Counted from the whole stretch's first letter, positions 1-12,422 are shown. The stretch is 63,863 nt of DNA, filler included, from Vicugna vicugna (GCA_013265495.1; 75 parts of 74 records of this genome joined end to end with filler, not necessarily neighbours in it); one strand, 5' to 3'. Translations and numbers: made by a program. The notes: generated by a model from the letters alone, not told the origin.

Positions 1-359
1 AAAAGATATTAAAGTGTTAATTATAATCTCTGAGTAGTGGAACTAGGATAGACACTTTTGCCCCTTTTTTCAGACTTTTGTATTAAATACACATTATTTT
101 TCATCTGAAAAAAGCATTTTTAGACGTCTAGTACCACACATAGAAAAAAATACACGAGTACTTACAGAAACAAATAACTAGGAGACACAGTAGCAGCGTC
201 ACACATTGTAGAACGGGCGATCCTGAATAACACCACACAGTTACATAAGGACCCACAAAGTGAGAGCACCTGCTGTAACAGGACACGGCCCCCTTCTATT
301 TGTCAGCAATGTCCTCAGGGCTGAGGCAGTTCTGAGCACGGCCAGTGTCAGTGCTGGTG
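1..359. repeat. Multicopy (segmental-duplication-type) fragment, paralogue of 9111-9387
   Basis: 1-265 aligns colinearly with ~9125-9387 (shared ttaaatacacattatttttcatct, gttacataaggacccaca). Confidence 0.85.
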
Positions 360-459
360 NNNNNNNNNNNNNNNNNNNNNNNNNNNNNNNNNNNNNNNNN
401 NNNTTAATTAATTAANNNNNNNNNNNNNNNNNNNNNNNNNNNNNNNNNNNNNNNNNNNN
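360..459. other. Artificial scaffold-joining spacer (44 N + TTAATTAATTAA + 44 N); first of ~74 copies, last at 63570-63669
   Basis: Identical palindromic 12-mer with TAA stops in all six frames, always centred in exactly 100 bp, separating unrelated sequences. Confidence 0.99.
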
Positions 460-1064
460 GTTTATAAATTCTATATACAGTGTTCTGCATTCTATAATCT
501 TAATACTGTGTTCTGCATTCTATGTTATGTATAATATATTCAGTATACTTTATACTATATTCTAACTTCTGTGTTCTGCATTCTTTATTCTAAATTCTAT
601 AGTCAGTATTCTGTATCTGTTTTGCATTACATGTTTTAATTCTGGATTATATATTCTGTTTTCCATATTCTATAATCTGTATCCTATATTCTATATTCTG
701 TATCCTATATTCTATATTCTGTATCCTATATTCTATATTCTGTATCCTATATTCTATATTCTGTATCCTATATTCTATATTCTGTATCCTATATTCTATA
801 TTCTGTATCCTATATTCTATATTCTGTATCCTATATTCTATATTCTGTGTTCTACATTCTATATTCTAAATTCTGTATTCAGTAATCTGTATTCTATATT
901 CTAAATTTTCTGTTTTGCATTACATGTTTTAATTCTGGATTATATATTCTGTTTTCCATATTCTATATTCTGTATCCTATATTCTATATTCTGTATCCTA
1001 TATTCAGCATTCTGTATTTTATATTCTATATTGTGTGTTCTATGTTCTATATTCTAAATTCTAT
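460..1064 (+). repeat. Satellite D, heptamer-based (TATTCTA variants), with 8 perfect 21-bp copies at 677-844
   Basis: 7-bp periodic TATTCTA/TATTCTG/TGTTCTA/AATTCTA; (ctgtatcctatattctatatt)x8. Confidence 0.95.
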
Positions 1065-1164
1065 NNNNNNNNNNNNNNNNNNNNNNNNNNNNNNNNNNNN
1101 NNNNNNNNTTAATTAATTAANNNNNNNNNNNNNNNNNNNNNNNNNNNNNNNNNNNNNNNNNNNN

Positions 1165-2257
1165 TGTATATACACATTGTTTGGTGGATGAAAGGTCAGA
1201 AATCCACATCCTCACAAGTCAGAAATGCATGATTGCTGAATCCGTCACGCATGTAGCATGTACGGAACCCGGAATGCCATGTTGATGGAATTCATGTAAA
1301 TTACATACCTATTAGGTGGAAATCGCTCCAGAAATATTTTTTTGTGAAAAATGCACGAATTCGAACCTGGTTTTAGGGAAAGCTTGTGAAAATGTGTACA
1401 CGTGTCTAGATGAATATATTACTTTTATAGAGGAGGAAAGATTAGTAATCCAGATGACCTCAACTCAGGAATGTATATTTGTCGAATCTGTCATGTATGT
1501 AGCATGTACGGAATACGGACTATCATGTAGGTGGAATCTATTCAAATTACATATCTCTAGGGAAGAATTCGCTCCAAGAGGGTTTTTGTGGGATCAAAGT
1601 GTGATTCTTGAAACTGGTGATAGGAAGAAGCTACAAAGTCAAAGTAAATATTTCNNNNNNNNNNNNNNNNNNNNNNNNNNNNNNNNNNNNNNNNNNNNNN
1701 NNNNNNNNNNNNNNNNNNNNNNNNNNNNNNNNNNNNNNNNNNAAATTACATGTGGTGAGAATTCGCTCAAAGAGTGTTTTCTGGTGCCAGATGTCCGATT
1801 TTAGAACCTGGTGATAGAAAAATCTATGAAGTCAGAGTAAATAATTCTAAGTGTATATACGCTACGCATGGTGGATGAAAGGTCAGNNNNNNNNNNNNNN
1901 NNNNNNNNNNNNNNNNNNNNNNNNNNNNNNNNNNNNNNNNNNNNNNNNNNNNNNNNNNNNNNNNNNNNNNNNNNNNNNNNNNNNNNNNNNNNNNNNNNNN
2001 NNNNNNNNNNNNNNNNNNNNNNNNNNNNNNNNNNNNNNNNNNNNNNNNNNNNNNNNNNNNNNNNNNNNNNNNNNNNNNNNNNNNNNNNNNNNNNNNNNNN
2101 NNNNNNNNNNNNNNNNNNNNNNNNNNNNNNAAATGTGTACTCTAGATGAAACTAGTACTTTTATAGAGGAGGAAAGATTAGTAATCCAGATGACCTCAAC
2201 TCAGGAATGTATATTTGTCGAATCCGTCATGTATGTAGCATGTACGGAACGGAACAC
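1165..2257 (+). repeat. Satellite A (~246-bp monomer, trimeric HOR)
   Basis: Recurrent gaatccgtcatgcatgtagcatgtacggaac core; homologous to 6783-7740. Confidence 0.93.
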
Positions 2258-2357
2258 NNNNNNNNNNNNNNNNNNNNNNNNNNNNNNNNNNNNNNNNNNN
2301 NTTAATTAATTAANNNNNNNNNNNNNNNNNNNNNNNNNNNNNNNNNNNNNNNNNNNN

Positions 2358-3078
2358 TGTAAATTACATATCTGTTAGGTGGAAATCGCTCCAGAACTAT
2401 TAATCTGTGATAAATGCACGAATTCGAACGTGGTGTTAGGGAAAGCTTGTGAAAATGTGTACACGTGTCTAGATGAAAATATTCCTTTTATAGAGGATGA
2501 AAGATTAGTAATCCACATGCTCTCAACTCAGGAATGCATGTTTGTCAAATCCGTCATGTATGTAGCATGTACGGAACACGGAATATCATGTAGATGGAAT
2601 CTGTACAAATTACATTTCCCTAGGGTAGAATTCGCTCCAAGAGTGTTTTTCTGGGATCAAAGGGTTATTCTTGAAACTGGTGATAGGCAGAAGCTACGAA
2701 GACAATATAAATATTTCATAGTGTATAGGTAACTTGTTTGGTGGTTGAAACTTCAGTCATGCGCATGTTCACAACTCAGAAATGCATGTTTGAGGAATCC
2801 GTGATGCATGAAACATGTTCGTAATACGGAATGCCATGGTTATGTAAACAATGTAAATTACATGTGTATTGGTGAGAATTCGCTGAACGAGTGTTTTTTG
2901 GTGCCAGATGTCCGATTTTAGACCCTGGTGATAGAAAAATCTATGAAGTCAGAGTAAAAAAGAATTCTTATACACGCATTGTTTGGTGGATGAAAGGTCA
3001 GTAATCCACATGCTCAAAAGTCAGAAGTGCATAATTGCCGAATCCGTCATGCATGTAGCATGTATGGAACCCGGAATG
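2358..3078 (+). repeat. Satellite A, about one trimer
   Basis: Same three monomer tails in the same order as 6783-7740. Confidence 0.95.
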
Positions 3079-3178
3079 NNNNNNNNNNNNNNNNNNNNNN
3101 NNNNNNNNNNNNNNNNNNNNNNTTAATTAATTAANNNNNNNNNNNNNNNNNNNNNNNNNNNNNNNNNNNNNNNNNNNN

Positions 3179-4940
3179 TAGGAAACAGACTGAGAAACCA
3201 GAGTAAGTGTTTCTCCTGAAACGTGTTCCCTTTGTGCAAGATGAACGGACGTCTCTCCACATGCTCAGTTTTGAGAGTTAAGCGTGTGTGAAAGCCGTCC
3301 TTCACCTAGCTTGTTGGGAACACAAAGTTTCTCTTCAGTTGCAAACTCCACTCCATATATATATATGGGGNNNNNNNNNNNNNNNNNNNNNNNNNNNNNN
3401 NNNNNNNNNNNNNNNNNNNNNNNNNNNNNNNNNNNNNNNNNNNNNNNNNNNNNNNNNNNNNNNNNNNNNNNNNNNNNNNNNNNNNNNNNNNNNNNNNNNN
3501 NNNNNNNNNNNNNNNNNNNNNNNNNNNNNNNNNNNNNNNNNNNNNNNNNNNNNNNNNNNNNNNNNNNNNNNNNNNNNNNNNNNNNNNNNNNNNNNNNNNN
3601 NNNNNNNNNNNNNNNNNNNNNNNNNNNNNNNNNNNNNNNNNNNNNNNNNNNNNNNNNNNNNNNNNNNNNNNNNNNNNNNNNNNNNNNNNNNNNNNNNNNN
3701 NNNNNNNNNNNNNNNNNNNNNNNNNNNNNNNNNNNNNNNNNNNNNNNNNNNNNNNNNNNNNNNNNNNNNNNNNNNNNNNNNNNNNNNNNNNNNNNNNNNN
3801 NNNNNNNNNNNNNNNNNNNNNNNNNNNNNNNNNNNNNNNNNNNNNNATGGGGAGGTACAAGCTCCGCTCCCACTCTACTGTGAAAACTGCAGGAACTTCA
3901 AACCGGCACTAGGAAACAGACTGAGAAACCAGAGTAAGTGTTTCTCCTGCAACCTGTTCCCTTTGTGCTAGATGAACGAACGTCTCTTCACATGCTCAGT
4001 TTGGGATTTAAGCGTGTGTGGAAGCCGTCCTTCACTTAGCTTGTTGGGAACACAAAGTTTCTCTTCAGTTGCAAACTCCACTCCATACATATACATGGGG
4101 AGGTACAAGCTCCAACTCGGTTTTACTGTGAAAACTGCAGGAACTTCAAACCGGCACTAGGAAACAGACTGAGAAACCAGAGTAAGTGTTTCTACTGCAA
4201 CCTGTTCCCTTTGTGCTAGATGAACGAACGTCTCTCCACATGCTCAATTGTGAGAGTTAAACGTGTGTGAAAGCCGTCCTTCAACTAACTTGAAGGGAAC
4301 ACAAAGATTCTCTTCATTTGCAAACACCACTACATAAATTTATATGCGGAGGTACAAGCTCCAACTCGGTTTTACAGTGAAAACTGCAGGAACTTGAAAT
4401 CGGCTCTAGGAAAGAGTTTGAGAAACCAGAGTAAGTGTTTCTCCTGCAACCTGTTCCNNNNNNNNNNNNNNNNNNNNNNNNNNNNNNNNNNNNNNNNNNN
4501 NNNNNNNNNNNNNNNNNNNNNNNNNNNNNNNNNNNNNNNNNNNNNNNNNNNNNNNNNNNNNNNNNNNNNNNNNNNNNNNNNNNNNNNNNNNNNNNNNNNN
4601 NNNNNNNNNNNNNNNNNNNNNNNNNNNNNNNNNNNNNNNNNNNNNNNNNNNNNNNNNNNNNNNNNNNNNNNNNNNNNNNNNNNNNNNNNNNNNNNNNNNN
4701 NNNNNNNNNNNNNNNNNNNNNNNNNNNNNNNNNNNNNNNNNNNNNNNNNNNNNNNNNNNNNNNNNNNNNNNNNNNNNNNNNNNNNNNNNNNNNNNNNNNN
4801 NNNNNNNNNNNNNNNNNNNNNNNNNNNNNNNNNNNNNNNNNNNNNNNNNNNNNNNNGGGTGGTACAATATCCAACTCGGTTTTACAGTGCAAATCGCAGG
4901 ATCTTCCAACCGGCACTAGGAAACAGACTGAGAAACCAGA
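3179..4940 (+). repeat. Satellite B (~248-bp monomer with PstI CTGCAG and MspI CCGG sites)
   Basis: aggaaa(c/g)ag anchor at 3911, 4159 and 4408 (periods 248, 249). Confidence 0.95.
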
Positions 4941-5040
4941 NNNNNNNNNNNNNNNNNNNNNNNNNNNNNNNNNNNNNNNNNNNNTTAATTAATTAANNNN
5001 NNNNNNNNNNNNNNNNNNNNNNNNNNNNNNNNNNNNNNNN

Positions 5041-5870
5041 CGTATTCTATATTCTATATTCTGTGTTCTACATTCTTTATTCTATTTTATTTATTTAGTA
5101 TTCTGTATACTATATTCTAAATTCTGTGTTCTATATTCTATATTCTATATTCTATATTCAGTAATCCCTATACTATATTCTAAATTCTGTGTTCTGCATT
5201 CCATGTTCTAAATTCTGGGTTCTATATTCTGTTTTCCATATTTTATATTCTGTGTTCTAAATTCTATATTCTGTATTCTATATTCTGCATTCCGTATTCT
5301 ACATTATATATTCTGTGTTCTACCTTCTATATTCCAAATTCTATATTCAGTATTCTGTATTCTNNNNNNNNNNNNNNNNNNNNNNNNNNNNNNNNNNNNN
5401 NNNNNNNNNNNNNNNNNNNNNNNNNNNNNNNNNNNNNNNNNNNNNNNNNNNNNNNNNNNNNNNNNNNNNNNNNNNNNNNNNNNNNNNNNNNNNNNNNNNN
5501 NNNNNNNNNNNNNNNNNNNNNNNNNNNNNNNNNNNNNNNNNNNNNNNNNNNNNNNNNNNNNNNNNNNNNNNNNNNNNNNNNNNNNNNNNNNNNNNNNNNN
5601 NNNNNNNNNNNNNNNNNNNNNNNNNNNNNNNNNNNNNNNNNNNNNNNNNNNNNNNNNNNNNNNNNNNNNNNNNNNNNNNNNNNNNNNNNNNNNNNNNNNN
5701 NNNNNNNNAGCTTTCTGTACATTATATATTCTGTGTTCTACCTTCTATATTCCATATTCTATATTCAGTATTCTGTATTCTATATTTTGTGTTCTGAATT
5801 CCATGTTTAAAATCCTCTATTCTAAATTCTATAATCTGTGTTCTACTTTCTATATTCTAAATTCCATATT
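5041..5870 (+). repeat. Satellite D (heptamer-based)
   Basis: 7-bp periodic TATTCTA variants. Confidence 0.95.
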
Positions 5871-5970
5871 NNNNNNNNNNNNNNNNNNNNNNNNNNNNNN
5901 NNNNNNNNNNNNNNTTAATTAATTAANNNNNNNNNNNNNNNNNNNNNNNNNNNNNNNNNNNNNNNNNNNN

Positions 5971-6682
5971 CTAATTCGTGCATTTTTCACAGAAAAATTC
6001 TTCTGGAGCGATTTCTATGTAATAGGTATGTAATTTAAATGAATTCCATCAGCATGGCATTCTGGGTTCCTTACATGCTGCATGCATGACAGATTCGGCA
6101 AACATGCGTTCCTGACTTGTGAGCAGGTGGATTAGTGATCTTTCATCCACCAAACAAGGCATATATACACTTACAAAAATTTACTCAGACTTCACAGGTT
6201 TTTTCTATAACCAGGTCCTAAAATAGGACATTAGGCACCAGAAAAACTCTTTGAGCAAATTCTCAACTATACACATGTAATTTACATTGTTTACATAACC
6301 ATGGCATTCCGTATTCCAAACATGTTTCATGCATCACGGATTCCTCAAACATGCATTTCTGAGTTGTGAACATGCACATGACTNNNNNNNNNNNNNNNNN
6401 NNNNNNNNNNNNNNNNNNNNNNNNNNNNNNNNNNNNNNNNNNNNNNNNNNNNNTTCAAGAATCACAATTTGACCCCAGAAAAAACTTCTTGGAGTGAAAT
6501 CTACCCTAGTGATATGAAATTTGAATAGATTCCATCAACATGGCATTCCGGTTTCTGTACATATTTCATGCATGACGGATTCGACAAACATGGATTTCTG
6601 AGTTGTGAACATGCGCATGGCTGATCTTTCAACCACCAACAAGTTTCCTATGCGCTTTGAAATATTTACTTTGACTTCGTAG
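5971..6682 (-). repeat. Satellite A, variant monomer order
   Basis: Reverse complement of satellite A monomers. Confidence 0.92.
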
Positions 6683-6782
6683 NNNNNNNNNNNNNNNNNN
6701 NNNNNNNNNNNNNNNNNNNNNNNNNNTTAATTAATTAANNNNNNNNNNNNNNNNNNNNNNNNNNNNNNNNNNNNNNNNNNNN

Positions 6783-7740
6783 GAAGTCAGAGTAAATAAT
6801 TCTAAGTGTATATATGCCTTGTTTGTTTGATGAAAGTACACTAATCCACATGCTCACAACTCAGAATCTCATAATTGTCGAATCCGTCATGCAAGAAGCA
6901 TGTACGGAACCCGGAATGCGATGTTGATGGAAGTCATGTAAATTACATATCTATTAGGTTGAAATCGCTGCACAAGATTTTTTCAGTGAAAAATGCACGA
7001 ATACGAAACTGATGTTAGGGAAAACTTGTGAAAATCTGTACATGTGTCTAGAAGAAAATTTTCCCTTTATAGAGGAAGAAACATCAGTAATCCACATGCT
7101 CTCAACTCAGAAATGCATGTTTTTCGAATCCGTCATGCATGTAGCATGTAAACACGGAATATCATGTAGATAGAATCTATTCAAATTACATATCTCTAGG
7201 GTAGAATTCGCTCCAAGAGGGTTTTTCTGGGATCAAAGTGTGATTCTTCCACCTGGTGATTGGAAGAAGCTACGAAGACAATGTATATATTATTAAGGGC
7301 ATATGTAAATTGTAATGATTGAAACATCAGTCATGAGCATATTCACAACTCAGAAATGCATGTTTGAGGAATCGGTATTGCATGAAACATGTTCGGAATA
7401 CGGAATGCCATGGTTATGTAAACAATGTAAATTACATGTGTATTGGTGAGAATTCGCTCAAACAGGCTTTTCTAGTGCCAAATGTCCGATTTTAGTACCT
7501 GGTGACAGAAAAAACCTATAAAGTCAGAGAAAATATTTCTAAGAGTATACATGCCTTGTTTGGTGGATGAAAGGTCAGTAATCCACATGCTGAGATCTCA
7601 GAAACACATGTTTGCCGAATCCGTCATGCATGTAGCATGTACGGAATCCGGAATGCCATGTTGATGAAATTCATATAAATTACATATCTGTTAGATGGAA
7701 ATCGCTCCAGAGATATTTTTCTGAGAAAAATGCACGAGTT
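6783..7740 (+). repeat. Satellite A, more than one trimer (737-bp HOR)
   Basis: aatccacatgct at 6843, 7090 and 7580; gaaatcgc at 6961 and 7698 (737 bp apart). Confidence 0.96.
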
Positions 7741-7840
7741 NNNNNNNNNNNNNNNNNNNNNNNNNNNNNNNNNNNNNNNNNNNNTTAATTAATTAANNNN
7801 NNNNNNNNNNNNNNNNNNNNNNNNNNNNNNNNNNNNNNNN

Positions 7841-9387
7841 GCTAATGAGTGAAAAATGCTCAGTACCTCACTGGTCATCAAATGCCAGCTAAAACATTGA
7901 AAAGCACTTTTGCTTATTATATTGGCCAATATTTGTAAAAGGTATTCTAGCTAGTGTCCATCTGTGGGAGAACAAACTGTGAGAGTACTTTTTGGAGGAC
8001 GACATGTCAATGAATATGTAAACTCTAAAAAACATGCGTACACACAGACGCAACTCCACTTCTAGGAATCGTTTCCTTTAGAATAAAAGAAATCAGCTCC
8101 AAAAGATGTACTCATCAGGNNNNNNNNNNNNNNNNNNNNNNNNNNNNNNNNNNNNNNNNNNNNNNNNNNNNNNNNNNNNNNNNNNNNNNNNNNNNNNNNN
8201 NNNNNNNNNNNNNNNNNNNNNNNNNNNNNNNNNNNNNNNNNNNNNNNNNNNNNNNNNNNNNNNNNNNNNNNNNNNNNNNNNNNNNNNNNNNNNNNNNNNN
8301 NNNNNNNNNNNNNNNNNNNNNNNNNNNNNNNNNNNNNNNNNNNNNNNNNNNNNNNNNNNNNNNNNNNNNNNNNNNNNNNNNNNNNNNNNNNNNNNNNNNN
8401 NNNNNNNNNNNNNNNNNNNNNNNNNNNNNNNNNNNNNNNNNNNNNNNNNNNNNNNNNNNNNNNNNNNNNNNNNNNNNNNNNNNNNNNNNNNNNNNNNNNN
8501 NNNNNNNNNNNNNNNNNNNNNNNNNNNNNNNNNNNNNNNNNNNNNNNNNNNNNNNNNNNNNNNNNNNNNNNNNNNNNNNNNNNNNNNNNNNNNNNNNNNN
8601 NNNNNNNNNNNNNNNNNNNNNNNNNNNNNNNNNNNNNNNNNNNNNNNNNNNNNNNNNNNNNNNNNNNNNNNNNNNNNNNNNNNNNNNNNNNNNNNNNNNN
8701 NNNNNNNNNNNNNNNNNNNNNNNNNNNNNNNNNNNNNNNNNNNNNNNNNNNNNNNNNNNNNNNNNNNNNNNNNNNNNNNNNNNNNNNNNNNNNNNNNNNN
8801 NNNNNNNNNNNNNNNNNNNNNNNNNNNNNNNNNNNNNNNNNNNNNNNNNNNNNNNNNNNNNNNNNNNNNNNNNNNNNNNNNNNNNNNNNNNNNNNNNNNN
8901 NNNNNNNNNNNNNNNNNNNNNNNNNNNNNNNNNNNNNNNNNNNNNNNNNNNNNNNNNNNNNNNNNNNNNNNNNNNNNNNNNNNNNNNNNNNNNNNNNNNN
9001 NNNNNNNNNNNNNNNNNNNNNNNNNNNNNNNNNNNNNNNNNNNNNNNNNNNNNNNNNNNNNNNNNNNNNNNNNNNNNNNNNNNNNNNNNNNNNNNNNNNN
9101 NNNNNNNNNNGAAAAGAACAGAAAATAGATGTCAAAGTGTAAATTATTATCTCTGACTAGTGGGACCAGGGTAGCCCCTTTTGCCCTGTTTTCAGACTTA
9201 TTATATTAAATACACATTATTTTTCATCTTAAAAAAGCATATTTAGATGTGTAGTACAGCACATTGGAGAATAACACACGTGTACTTATGGAAACAAGTA
9301 ACTAGAAGACAAGGCAGCAGCGCCACACAATGTAGAACGGGAGATCCTGACTAACACCGCACCGTTACATAAGGACCCACAGAGTGA
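7841..9387. repeat. Multicopy duplicated unit built on old L1-like sequence
   Basis: 7841-8119 aligns to 9608-9880; 9125-9387 aligns to 1-265. Confidence 0.8.
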
Positions 9388-9487
9388 NNNNNNNNNNNNN
9401 NNNNNNNNNNNNNNNNNNNNNNNNNNNNNNNTTAATTAATTAANNNNNNNNNNNNNNNNNNNNNNNNNNNNNNNNNNNNNNNNNNNN

Positions 9488-10159
9488 TTGATGAAGACAA
9501 GGGGTTAATGTTCATAATATACATAGAGCGGTCACAAAGCAAAAAGCTCCCTCACTTAAATGTGTTCAACGGACAAAAGAGATCATTCACTTTTTAAAAG
9601 TCAGATGGCTAATGAGTGAAAAATGCTCAATACCTCACTGGTCATCAAGTGTAAATTAAAACAATGAAAAAGTACTTTTGNNNNNNNNNNNNNNNNNNNN
9701 NNNNNNNNNNNNNNNNNNNNNNNNNNNNNNNNNNNNNNNNNNNNNNNNNNNNNNNNNNNNNNNNNNNNNNNNNNNCAATGGATATTAAACTCTGAAAAAC
9801 GTGTGTACACACAGGCTGAACTCCACTTTTAGGAATTGTTTCATTTAGAAAAAATCAGTTCAAATAGATGTACTCATCAGAGCATTTACACAGCACTGTT
9901 TAAAATGGTGAGAAGAAAAGCTGAAGTGAAATCATATCCAGCGATAGAGAATTGGTTACATAAGTTATTCTACATCTTTTCATTCCCCACAGGAGAAGGA
10001 ATTTCTAGATTTACTTGAAAGGAGCCTGTGATTTATGAAGTTGTCACATCCAAGGACTAAATTTCCAGAAACTTTAACTAGAGAAATACTCATACAAGAT
10101 CACAGGAATGTTTCTATAAGAAGGATTCCAGTCAAACACCCTTTCTGACAGTGGAAGAT
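9488..10159 (+). repeat. Paralogue of 7841-8119; degenerate old L1 3'-region-like sequence
   Basis: Shared gctaatgagtgaaaaatgctca(g/a)tacctcactggtcatc and actccactt(c/t)taggaat. Confidence 0.75.
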
Positions 10160-10259
10160 NNNNNNNNNNNNNNNNNNNNNNNNNNNNNNNNNNNNNNNNN
10201 NNNTTAATTAATTAANNNNNNNNNNNNNNNNNNNNNNNNNNNNNNNNNNNNNNNNNNNN

Positions 10260-10918
10260 GTGGGGAGGCTCCTCCAAATGACAGCAGCGCCTGGGTTCTA
10301 ATAGAATCCCTTAGCTTGTATTCCCTGATGGCATGCCTAGGCTGGAGTGTGGGGGAAAGTGGGGGTTGGGCTCTACACCAAGTATTAGCGAGAGCCTATC
10401 CATGGGATGTGGGTTTTTAACCTACAATCCACAACCATGGAATAAATGTGCCCCCTGAAAGATTCTTTTACTGTTTCCCTACATCCAGCACACACGGGAA
10501 GAATTGTTCTGGTATTCTGAGTGTGGGGAGGATCCTCAAACTGACAGCAGCACCTGGGTTCGATTAGTATCCCTTAGTTTCTGTTCCCTGAGTGTTCCTT
10601 TAGGCCAGGCCATGAGGGAAAGCTGGGGGTTGGGCATGGAGGCCAAGTAGCAGTGAGTGCCCCCTGATCCACTGAGGAATTACTTAGGGGACTTCTCCCT
10701 AAACGGAACACCTTTTCCTCCATTCATCTGGTTGGAGTGATTCTGTACATCTCTCCCAGAGCTAAGAATGTGTTCTGGAATTCTGAGTGCAGGGAAGTTC
10801 CTCCAACTGACAGCAGCGCCTGGGTTCTAATTGAATCCTTTGCTTGTCTTCCCTGATGGAAAGCTTAGGCGGAAGTGCGGGGGAAAGTGTGGTTAGGGCT
10901 CCGAAACCAAGTATTTGC
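10260..10918 (-). repeat. Satellite C2 (diverged ~267-bp family)
   Basis: tgacagcagc(g/a)cctgggttc anchor three times at ~264-267-bp spacing. Confidence 0.93.
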
Positions 10919-11018
10919 NNNNNNNNNNNNNNNNNNNNNNNNNNNNNNNNNNNNNNNNNNNNTTAATTAATTAANNNNNNNNNNNNNNNNNNNNNNNNNN
11001 NNNNNNNNNNNNNNNNNN

Positions 11019-11733
11019 TATAAAATTTGAATATAGAAAATAGAACACAGAATATAGAATAGATAATTTAGAAAATGGAATACAGAACACAGAATATAGA
11101 ATATAGAATACAGAATACTGAATATAGAATTTGGAATATAGAAGGTAGAACCCAGAATATAGTATATAGAATACGGAATGCAAAATAATACGGAATGCAA
11201 AATATAGATTGTAGAATATACAATGAAGTACGCAAAATATAGAATATAGAATAGAGAATATAGAAGCCAGAATTTAGAACATGGAATGCAGAACACAGAA
11301 TTTCGAATATAAATACAAAATACTAAATATAGGATTTTGAATATAGAATGCAGAACACAGGATATATAATAGAGTATCAGAACACAGAATTTAAAACATG
11401 GAATCGAGAACACAGAATTTAGAATATAAAATACAGAAAGTTGAATATAGTATTTAGAACATAGAATGTAGAACACAGAATATAGAACTTAGAATATAGA
11501 TTATAGAACCCAGAATTTAAAACATGGAATGCAGAACACAGAATTTAGAATATAGCATACTGTATACTGAATATAGAATTTAGAATATAGAATGTAGAAC
11601 ACAGAATATAGAATATAGAATACGAAATGCAGAATATAAAATACAGAATATAGAATGTAGAAAACATATTATACAATATGAAAAAAAAAATACAGAAAAC
11701 AGAATTTAGAACATGAAATGCAGAACACAGTAT
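11019..11733 (-). repeat. Satellite D (heptamer-based)
   Basis: TAGAATA/CAGAATA/TAGAACA 7-bp periodicity. Confidence 0.95.
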
Positions 11734-11833
11734 NNNNNNNNNNNNNNNNNNNNNNNNNNNNNNNNNNNNNNNNNNNNTTAATTAATTAANNNNNNNNNNN
11801 NNNNNNNNNNNNNNNNNNNNNNNNNNNNNNNNN

Positions 11834-12322
11834 AACATAGAGTGTTTTTCTCCGTATGACTTATTTTCCTATGAGCAACACTCTCTGGGCCCAGTCACAT
11901 TGTTCCAAATGGCAGAATTTTATTTTTTAATATGACAATGACTAATTATTTATTATGTTATCTATATCTCACATCTACTTCAGCCAATCATCTTTTGATG
12001 GGCAGTTGAGTTGTACTTCTATCCTTGGGTAATATGAATGATGATGTTAAGAACACTGTGGGTAATAAATCTTTAAGTTAATGTTTTCATTTCTTTATTC
12101 ATTTCTTTCAGATTTATACCAAAAACTGGAATTGCTGCAACATATAATGCTTCTATTTCTAGTTTTCTGTGCACTGTCCACAATTTTATAATAGTGGATG
12201 CATCATTTTTTTTCCACCAACAGTGTACCTGGGTTCCCTCTTCTCAATCTTCTTATTAAAGTTTGTCATTTGTAGACTTTTGTTAATAGCCATTTTGGTT
12301 GCTGTGAGATTATATTTCATTC
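11834..12322 (-). mobile_element. Degenerate L1 3' region fragment
   Basis: L1 antisense motifs (ggaattgctg...catat, aatagccatt...gtgagat..tatttcatt). Confidence 0.7.
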
Positions 12323-12422
12323 NNNNNNNNNNNNNNNNNNNNNNNNNNNNNNNNNNNNNNNNNNNNTTAATTAATTAANNNNNNNNNNNNNNNNNNNNNN
12401 NNNNNNNNNNNNNNNNNNNNNN

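Noticed and set aside
1316..2732. Near-identical Cys-rich ORFs (EIAPE..CEKCTN..) at 1316, 2379 and 59982 suggesting a gene family
   Set aside because: They are translations of satellite A with non-ATG starts; other copies are interrupted
3265..9135. Long ORFs made largely of X
   Set aside because: Artefacts of reading through N gaps
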